Positions 55,317 to 64,000 of a stretch of 64,000 bases of DNA are shown here, piece after piece (position 1 is the stretch's first letter; the number at the start of each line of letters is the position of its first letter). The notes under the pieces are model-generated. The model was given only the letters and a program-made list of their open reading frames with translations, ran no database searches and was not told where the DNA came from. Origin of the DNA: an uncultured delta proteobacterium (GTDB lineage: Bacteria; Desulfobacterota; Binatia; Binatales; Binataceae); NCBI GenBank assembly GCA_963814035.1, contig CAWFBH010000002.1, positions 189,165-253,164 on the forward strand, in the 5' to 3' direction. Position numbers and translations under genes: made by a program.

Positions 55317-57262
55317 CGCGGCGCCTCCGCTTCCTTCATCGAATCGACCATCGAGTAGATCGTCACGCGATCGTGGGATTTATGATTGCCCTTGCCGTCA
55401 ACCAATCCGAGCCGAACCTGCACCCGTTCCGAACGCGAGGTTGGGATGTTCTTGCCGACGTAGTTGGGCCGAATCGGCACCGCGCGATGCCCGCGATCAA
55501 TAAGCACGGCCAGCTTCACCGCCGCCGGCCGGCCGCTGTGCCACAACATCTCCATCGCGCGCTGCACTGTCCATCCGCTGTTGAAAACGTCGTCAACCAG
55601 CACGATGACGCGGCCTTCGGTGGTGAACTGGTCGTCGCGGCCTTCGATGGCCCGAATCGGATCGCTGGCCGCATAAACGTCGATCAATGCAGTGGGAATT
55701 TTCACTCCGGTGCGTGCTTCGATCAGGTGACTGATGCGCATGCCGAGCAGCGCGCCGCGGCTGACCACGCCAACGATCGTGACCGAGCTGACGTCGGCGA
55801 GGTCCTTCAAGATTTGGCCGGCGAGCGATTCGACCGCCTGCTCGACCTCGTCGGCACTCATGATCTCGCGCTGCGGCCCGCGCTTGTAAGGCTCGTAGCC
55901 GGCCTCCTCGGCCTGCTTGACGCTGTCGAAAACGGCGAGGGTCCCTTCGGCGATCCAGTTCCGGACATAATCGGCAAGGCCTTCGTCGTAACGATAATAG
56001 CGATGCGAGCTGGCGTGGCCGACGAACTCAACCGGCAGCTCGCGCTCGCAATAATCGCAGCGTAAGAGCAGCGACGAGTCGGTGCTGGCGCGCGCGAGGC
56101 GAAAACGTGGCTTCAGATGGGCGCCCTCGAAGCGGGTGATGCAGTTGGCGTTGTTGCAGCGCGGCGCGCTCTCCGATTTAAAGCGCATTGGTGGGAGCGC
56201 CTTCGGAGTCGCGCGCTCAACGATCTCCGCGTTCTCCAACATCCACGCGATGAGCGCCATACGCACCGGCACACCGGCGGCGGCCTGCTCGAAATAAACC
56301 GCGCGCGGGTCGGCGTCGAGCTCGTAAGCGAGCTCGGTGGTGCGCGGCAGCGGATGCATCACCACGGCCTCGTGAGTGCGGCTGCCCTTGAGCGCCCGCG
56401 CGTCGAAGCGGACATATTCGCCGGCATCGGCGCTCTTGTTCTGCAGCCGCTCCTTCTGCAGTCGCGTCACATAGAACGCATCGAGAGCTTTGGGTGCCTG
56501 CCCGGCGGGAATTTTTTCCAGCGGCATGTCTGAAGTGAACAGCGCCATCTGATGGGGCCCGCGCGGAGTCAGATAGAGCGCGTCGAGGCCGCCCGCAACG
56601 GATTTGAGATCGTCCATCGATACGGTGGAAAAGCGGTACTGACTCTCGGACCGCACGCGTTCGAGCACATATTCGGGGACGTCCATGCCGGCGGTCGGCA
56701 CGGCGAGGATGTTCGCGCCGAAGCGCGCCAGGGCGTAAATCAATGAGTGGACGGTGCGTCCATATTTCAGATCGCCGCACAACGCGACCGTCAGTCCGCG
56801 CAGATGCCCTTTCTTCTTGCGCAGGATGTATAAGTCGCACAGCGTCTGGGTCGGATGCTCGCGGCTGCCGTCGCCCGCGTTGATGATCGGGCACGGTGCA
56901 TACTCGGCAGCCACTCGCGCGGCGCCATCGTGCGGATGGCGCATGACGATCAGGTCCGCATAGCCGCTGACGACGCGCACCGTATCCGCCAGGCTCTCGC
57001 CTTTCGCCGCGGAGCTGGCGTGCATATCCGCGGAGCTGATGACCGCGCCACCGAGGCGATGCATCGCGGATTCGAAGCTGAGGCGCGTGCGCGTCGACGG
57101 CTCATAGAAAAGCGTCGCCATGATGAGGCCGTCGGCGACCGTCAGGCGCTCGGATTTTTCCAGCGCGGTCGAAAAGCCATCGGCGAGCGTGAAGATGCGC
57201 TCAATCTCAGCGAGCCCGAGATCCTCGATCGACACCACGTCGTATTTCGGCAGCCGTGCCAT
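55313..57262 (-). CDS. pyrB: fusion protein: aspartate carbamoyltransferase catalytic chain (aa 1-~342) + PyrI-type zinc domain (aa ~365-415) + PyrR-like type-I PRTase domain (aa ~465-620)
   Basis: single uninterrupted 649-aa ORF. STRTR and HPLPR ATCase motifs. CNNANCITRFEGAHLKPRFRLARASTDSSLLLRCDYCE matches the PyrI C-terminal 4-Cys zinc domain. VIVLVDDVFNSGWT PRPP-binding motif paralogous to the adjacent pyrR. Confidence 0.8.
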   Translation of the reverse strand: MARLPKYDVVSIEDLGLAEIERIFTLADGFSTALEKSERLTVADGLIMATLFYEPSTRTRLSFESAMHRLGGAVISSADMHASSAAKGESLADTVRVVSGYADLIVMRHPHDGAARVAAEYAPCPIINAGDGSREHPTQTLCDLYILRKKKGHLRGLTVALCGDLKYGRTVHSLIYALARFGANILAVPTAGMDVPEYVLERVRSESQYRFSTVSMDDLKSVAGGLDALYLTPRGPHQMALFTSDMPLEKIPAGQAPKALDAFYVTRLQKERLQNKSADAGEYVRFDARALKGSRTHEAVVMHPLPRTTELAYELDADPRAVYFEQAAAGVPVRMALIAWMLENAEIVERATPKALPPMRFKSESAPRCNNANCITRFEGAHLKPRFRLARASTDSSLLLRCDYCERELPVEFVGHASSHRYYRYDEGLADYVRNWIAEGTLAVFDSVKQAEEAGYEPYKRGPQREIMSADEVEQAVESLAGQILKDLADVSSVTIVGVVSRGALLGMRISHLIEARTGVKIPTALIDVYAASDPIRAIEGRDDQFTTEGRVIVLVDDVFNSGWTVQRAMEMLWHSGRPAAVKLAVLIDRGHRAVPIRPNYVGKNIPTSRSERVQVRLGLVDGKGNHKSHDRVTIYSMVDSMKEAEAPR

Positions 57263-57263
57263 G

Positions 57264-57827
57264 CTACCTCGCTTCGCCTATCAGGACCCCGTCGAAGCCG
57301 TCGACTTCGCTTAGCTTGACGTAAACCCGCTGTCCTTTCGGAGTCGGAATATTCTTGCCGACGAAATCCGCGCGAATCGGCACCTCGCGCTCTCCACGAT
57401 CGACGAGCACCGCAAGCTGGATCGATTCCGGGCGCCCCAGGTCCGATATCGCGCCGAGGGCGGCTCGCACGGTACGCCCGGTGTAGAGCACGTCATCGAC
57501 GAGGACCACGCGCTTGCCATCGAGCGAGAACGCTATGTTCCGTCCGATCAGCCGCGGATCGCCCGGCGCGCCTTTTTTGTCATCGCGATAAGAAGAGATA
57601 TCGAGCGTGCCGACCGGGATCTTCGCCATGCCGACTTCACCGAGCGCTTTGATGAGACGCTCCGCGAGCGCCGCGCCGCGCCGCACCACGCCGATGAGTA
57701 CGAGGTTGTTCGCGCCGGTATTGCGCTCTGCGATCTCATGGGCGAGACGCTTGACCGATCTCGTCACGGTGGAAGCATCGAGCGCGACGGTGGTGGCTGG
57801 TGCGGTTGCCATCTTAAAGCTCACCAC
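57264..57827 (-). CDS. pyrR: bifunctional pyrimidine operon regulator / uracil phosphoribosyltransferase PyrR (start GTG 57827 or ATG 57812)
   Basis: ~180 aa. VVLVDDVLYTGRTVRAAL. Confidence 0.85.
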   Translation of the reverse strand: MVSFKMATAPATTVALDASTVTRSVKRLAHEIAERNTGANNLVLIGVVRRGAALAERLIKALGEVGMAKIPVGTLDISSYRDDKKGAPGDPRLIGRNIAFSLDGKRVVLVDDVLYTGRTVRAALGAISDLGRPESIQLAVLVDRGEREVPIRADFVGKNIPTPKGQRVYVKLSEVDGFDGVLIGEAR

Positions 57828-57834
57828 GCGGTCC

Positions 57835-57917
57835 GCAAAAAAATACCCGGCCGCAGAAACGGTCGGGCTGCATATTACACGAGTTCATCATCGTCCCTTC
57901 TCACCCTCGCAGGAGTG
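57835..57917 (-). promoter_or_regulatory. PyrR-responsive transcription attenuator in pyr operon leader: PyrR binding loop cacUCCUGCGAGGGUGAGAAGGgac, then hairpin GCCCGACCG-uuucug-CGGCCGGGU + U7
   Basis: the binding loop matches the ARUCCNGNGAGGYUNGNAAGG consensus of PyrR boxes. Terminator stem plus U-run is on the transcribed (minus) strand just upstream of pyrR. Confidence 0.7.
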
Positions 57918-57936
57918 AAGTTAAAGGCTACCGACT

Positions 57937-57965
57937 ATTAAACAGGTGCTAAGGAGTCGGATCAA
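57937..57965 (-). promoter_or_regulatory. putative sigma70-type promoter of pyr operon (TTGATC-17-TTTAAT on minus strand)
   Basis: spacing and position ~25 nt upstream of the PyrR box. Confidence 0.3.
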
Positions 57966-58043
57966 GCGACTCCACTTCGCGGTAGAAAAAAATATCAACA
58001 GGGTGAACATTTCGGCAGCGAAAACTGGTACATCTCAGCCGCG

Positions 58044-58973
58044 ATGGCTGAAGAACAGATTCCGTCGGTTTCGGTGATAGTTCGCACGCTGGGCAAATCC
58101 GAGCATATTTGCGATGCGCTCGAGAGCCTCGCGCATCAGTCGCGCAAGGATTTCGAAGTGGTGCTGGTCGACATGAGCAAAGGGACCGTCGCGCCACTCC
58201 TGGCGCGTTTCTCGTCGCAACTGCCAAACCTTCGCCATCTCCAGGTTGGCCGCCCATTGACTCGGCCGGTCGCGCTCAACATCGGAGTCGTTGAGGCATC
58301 GGCGTCGCTGATCGCAATCCTCGATGAAGACGACCTTTACGATCCGAGCCATCTCGACTTGCTGATATCGGGAATCGAAGCTTCGAGCGGCGACTATGTC
58401 TATTGTGGAGTCAGGCACGCCACTTATGCAGCTGACGGAAGCCAGATCTCCTGTGGTGAAGCATCGATTCCATATCAATTCGAGCAGCTGATTCTCGACC
58501 ACTATATCGATGCGACCGGCTCGCTCTATCGAAAAGCTCTGTGGGAAAAAATCGGCGGCTACGACGAACGCTTCGAGGTTTATTCGGATTGGGAATTCGT
58601 CATCCGCGGGGCGAAGGCTGGAAAAGTCGTCCACCTTCCGAAGGTGTCAGGTGAATCACGCGAGTTCGTCGGAATCGAAGGTGCATCGAGCCGGGACCTC
58701 GAGGAAGAGCGGGTGCGCAGATGCCTCGCGGGCGTGTACTGGAAGCATCGACGGCTGTATCGGGGGAGGATGTTTTTGCGCCTCGGACAGGCCTGGGGCG
58801 AGCACTACCGGCGATGCCAAATTGCACGCGGCGGATGGCGCTCGTGGTCCATCGCCGGATGGCGTCCCGAGATGCTCAGCGACCTGATCGCATGGTGGCG
58901 CTTCGATCGAGCTTGGCTGCGTGGAGAATTCGCGCTGACGCCGCGGGCATCGAGACAACGATCGGCGCAGTGA
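58044..58973 (+). CDS. family-2 glycosyltransferase
   Basis: VSVIVRT...DFEVVLVD...ILDEDD (DxD). Confidence 0.7.
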   Translation: MAEEQIPSVSVIVRTLGKSEHICDALESLAHQSRKDFEVVLVDMSKGTVAPLLARFSSQLPNLRHLQVGRPLTRPVALNIGVVEASASLIAILDEDDLYDPSHLDLLISGIEASSGDYVYCGVRHATYAADGSQISCGEASIPYQFEQLILDHYIDATGSLYRKALWEKIGGYDERFEVYSDWEFVIRGAKAGKVVHLPKVSGESREFVGIEGASSRDLEEERVRRCLAGVYWKHRRLYRGRMFLRLGQAWGEHYRRCQIARGGWRSWSIAGWRPEMLSDLIAWWRFDRAWLRGEFALTPRASRQRSAQ

Positions 58974-58974
58974 A

Positions 58975-59484
58975 CTAGCGGCGGCGACCGGCGCCCTCGA
59001 CCTTCTTGAGGCGCTGGTCCTGATCCTTAACCTGCACCGTCACACGATCGTCGAAGCGCTCGAACTTGCGGCTTAGATTCGCGACCGCCTTGTTGGCTTG
59101 CTTGATTTCGGCGCTGAGCTTCTTGAGGCTCTCGGCGACGTCGCGATCAAGTTCGCCGTCCGCCTCGGCGGCAATGGGCGCAGCCGCAGGTTGCGAGGAA
59201 ATCGCGCCACGCAAGTTCGCTTCGGAGGTGGCAAGCTGTTCGCGGAATTCCACCCGCGTCCTGCCGATGCTCTCATTGAGGCGGACCATCTCGGCCCCGA
59301 AATCAGCATGCAATGCGTTCAGGCCCGAGCGATTCTCCCCGATTTGATCAGAGAGGAAGCGGATCTGGCTGCCGACCTCGGCGAACTGGCCGAAGATTTC
59401 TTCTTTCAGCTTGTCAACTTTGCCGCCGAAGCCCGAAACCGCCTCGACCACCAACTCGAAGCGGGCGCCCAACTCCTCGAGCAT
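58975..59484 (-). CDS. hypothetical coiled-coil protein (ORF extends to 59664; likely start at internal Met)
   Basis: heptad-rich sequence ...KVDKLKEEIFGQFAEVGSQIRFLSDQIGENRSGLNALHADF... Confidence 0.4.
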   Translation of the reverse strand: MLEELGARFELVVEAVSGFGGKVDKLKEEIFGQFAEVGSQIRFLSDQIGENRSGLNALHADFGAEMVRLNESIGRTRVEFREQLATSEANLRGAISSQPAAAPIAAEADGELDRDVAESLKKLSAEIKQANKAVANLSRKFERFDDRVTVQVKDQDQRLKKVEGAGRRR

Positions 59485-59530
59485 CGTGCCAATTTTGTTC
59501 AGCCCTTCGTCAGCCACCCCTTTTCTCCCT

Positions 59531-60246
59531 CTAATGGACGATTTTGCCGAACCTGCTCCATCGGATGGGCAGGAAACTGGAACCGTCGCTGTCCCAAGAC
59601 CAATAGATGAGCATCGCGCGTCCCTCAACCTGATTGTTATCGACGAATCCCCAGAAGCGTCCATCGTAGCTGCGGTCGCGATTGTCTCCCATCATCAGAA
59701 GCTTGCCGGCCGGAACCGTGACCGGCCCGAAATTATCCCGCGGGGAAATCGGTGAGCGTTCCTGGTCGCTGACCTCGAAATGCGCGTGCGGATCGTCCAT
59801 CGGGCTGCCATTGAGCCAGACCTTGCCGTCTTTGACCTGGACCGTGTCGCCAGCGAGACCGATAACGCGCTTGATGAAATCCTTGGTCGGGATCGGGCGG
59901 GAACACGAACACGACAACATCGCCGCGATGAACCGGCTCGATAGGAAAGAGATACTGCCCCCACGGAACTCCCGGAAACGTGATGCCAAACAGCGAATCG
60001 GGCACCCGAAGGCCATAGATCAGTTTGTTGACCAGGATGTGATCGCCGATGAGCAGCGTCGGCTCCATCGAACCGGAGGGAATCTTGTACGCCTGGATGA
60101 AAAAGGTGCGGATGATGAGCGCCAGGATGAGCGCGATGCCGAACGCCTCGCCGTATTCGCGCGCCGCCGATTTTTGCGGCGCATGGGCCTCGGTGCGCGG
60201 CGCATCGCCACTGGGCTTGGGATAGTTGCGAGCTGCCTCGGCCACG
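59531..60246 (-). CDS. lepB: signal peptidase I (frameshift ~59750-59950), GTG start
   Basis: SGSMEPTLLIGDHILVNK (box B/C), GDNRDRSYDGRFWGFV (box E). Confidence 0.75.
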
Positions 60247-60252
60247 ATTCGC

Positions 60253-62057
60253 TTACTCCCCGACCTTGAGCAGGGCGAGGAACGCTTCCTGCGGGATTTC
60301 GACGCGTCCAACCTGCTTCATGCGCTTCTTGCCTTCTTTCTGCTTCTCGAGGAGCTTGCGTTTGCGCGTGATGTCACCGCCATAGCACTTCGCGGTGACG
60401 TTTTTGCGCAGCGCCTTGACGCTCTCGCGCGCGATGATTTTGGCCCCGATACGCTGCCTGGATGGCAATCTCGAACATCTGGCGCGGAATGAATTCCCGC
60501 ATCTTTTCGCATAACGCGCGCCCGCGATCATAAGACTTGTCACGATGCACGATTATCGAGAGCGCGTCGATAACCTCGCCGTTGATGCGGATATCCAATT
60601 TAACCAGAGGCCCGGCGCGGAAGTCCAGAAACTCATAATCAAGCGAGGCGTAGCCGCGGCTTACCGATTTCAGGCGGTCATAAAAATCGAACACGATCTC
60701 GGCCAGCGGCAACTCGTAATGCAGGATGACACGATGCTCATCGAGGTATCTCAAATCGCGCTGCTGGCCGCGACGATCCTCGCATAACGCCATCACCGCG
60801 CCGAGGTATTCGTCGGGCATGTGGATCGACGCGAGGATGAACGGCTCCTCGATAGCCTCGATACGGCCCTCGTCGGGCAGGCGCGCAGGATTATCGACCA
60901 TTGTCACCTCGCCATCGGTGGTGCGAACCTGGTAGGCGACCGTCGGGGCGGTGATGATCAGGTTGATGCCGTGCTCGCGCTCCAGCCGCTCCTGCGTGAT
61001 CTCCATGTGCAGCAGGCCGAGGAATCCCGCGCGAAAGCCGAAGCCCAGCGCCTGCGAATTCTCCGGCTCGCAGATGAAACTCGCGTCGTTGAGGCGCAGC
61101 TTTTCAATCGCATCGCGCAGGGCGGGATACTGGTTGGCCTCGGTCGGATAGAGCCCCGCAAAAACCATCGGTTTCAGTTCCTTGAAACCTTCGAGCGGCT
61201 TCTGCGCCGGATTGTCGGCATCGGTTAGGGTGTCACCGACGCGCATGTCCTGCACGCTTCTAATGTTCGCGACCACGAAGCCGACCTCGCCCGGCCCCAG
61301 CGACTCAGCAGGCACCTCGTGCGGGGTGAAATGCCCCAGGCGCATGATTTCGCCGTTCTTGCCCGTGCCCATCAGGCGAACTTTCATGCCCTTGCGCAGC
61401 TCGCCGCCGAACACGCGCATCAGGCCGATGACGCCCTCGTAGACGTCGTACCAGCTATCGAAAATCAGCGCGCGCGGCGCAGTTTCGGCCGGCACCTTGG
61501 GCGCGGGAATGCGCTGCACGATCGCTTCGAGAGTCTCGTCGATGCCGACGCCCTCTTTCGCGCTGGCGAGGATCGCATCCTCGGCACTCGAGTCCGATGG
61601 TCTCTTCAATTTGATGCTTGGTGCGCTCGATGTCTGCACCGGGCAAATCGATCTTGTTGATGACGGGAATGATTTCGAGGCCGTGATCGAGCGCCATATA
61701 GACATTCGCGAGCGTCTGCGCTTCGACGCCCTGGCTCGCATCAACGACCAGCAGAGCGCCCTCGCACGCGGCGAGGCTGCGTGAAACTTCATAGGCAAAA
61801 TCGACATGCCCAGGAGTATCGATAAGATTCAGGATGTAGGTGTTGCCGTCTTTGGCGGTGTAGTTCAGGCGGACCGAGCGGGCCTTGATGGTGATGCCGC
61901 GCTCGCGTTCCAGATCCATCGAGTCGAGGAACTGCTCCTTGAGTTCGCGCTTGGTAAGCGCGCCGGTGCGTTCGAGCAGCCGATCGGCCAGCGTGGACTT
62001 GCCGTGATCGATATGCGCGATAATGGAGAAATTTCGGATCAGTGCGGGGTCGGTCAT
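60253..62057 (-). CDS. lepA: elongation factor 4 (LepA), at least 2 apparent frameshifts (~60470, ~61600)
   Basis: [23 protein letters not shown]1 motif. C-terminal ...[45 protein letters not shown]. Confidence 0.85.

Positions 62058-64000
<1,943 letters not shown>

Overview
This 64-kb window is a high-GC (~65%) bacterial chromosomal segment of Gram-negative type (lpxA, Omp85-family outer-membrane protein and a system-I cytochrome c maturation locus are present). Most of it is conserved housekeeping and metabolic operons, largely on the minus strand:
- folP-ftsH-tilS.
- A dnaJ-like/hspR pair.
- A system-I ccm operon in the unusual order ccmE-ccmF-ccmH-(zinc-ribbon ORF)-ccmA-ccmB-ccmC-ccmD.
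- lpxA-yacG.
- A compact pyrimidine operon: PyrR-attenuator leader, pyrR, a pyrB-pyrI(Zn-domain)-pyrR fusion, pyrC, carA, carB.
- lepA-lepB.
- An NfeD-SPFH pair, tldD/pmbA, recO, glyA, uppP, an ADP-forming acyl-CoA synthetase, MoxR ATPase, CoA-transferase, TPP enzyme, F420/luciferase-like oxidoreductase, FprA-like reductase and several hypothetical secreted proteins and lipoproteins.

The structures that are not ordinary:
1. A 649-aa single ORF that fuses an aspartate transcarbamoylase catalytic chain to a PyrI-type zinc domain and a second, PyrR-like PRTase domain. It sits next to a standalone pyrR with a textbook PyrR-binding attenuator.
2. A family of 42-bp hairpin repeats (GGTTCCCCTTCCACTTCAGGGGAAGGGG-YTAGGGGTTAGG) that bracket multicopy DUF559 endonuclease-like genes. 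This includes a ~700-bp segmental duplication that carries a fragment of tilS and flanks a lipoprotein gene.
3. A ~195-bp tract of 50-bp tandem repeats between lpxA and ccmE.
4. A ~600-bp AT-rich island between ghrB and glyA with three copies of TGGGTTTGTTTT, each opening a tiny ORF.
5. An HTH-citrate-synthase fusion.

No rRNA, tRNA or CRISPR was found. About 35 genes, including essential ones (ftsH, lepA, pyrC, ccmF), show single-base frameshifts. This pattern points to assembly or indel errors rather than pseudogenes. Gene boundaries for those genes are therefore approximate.
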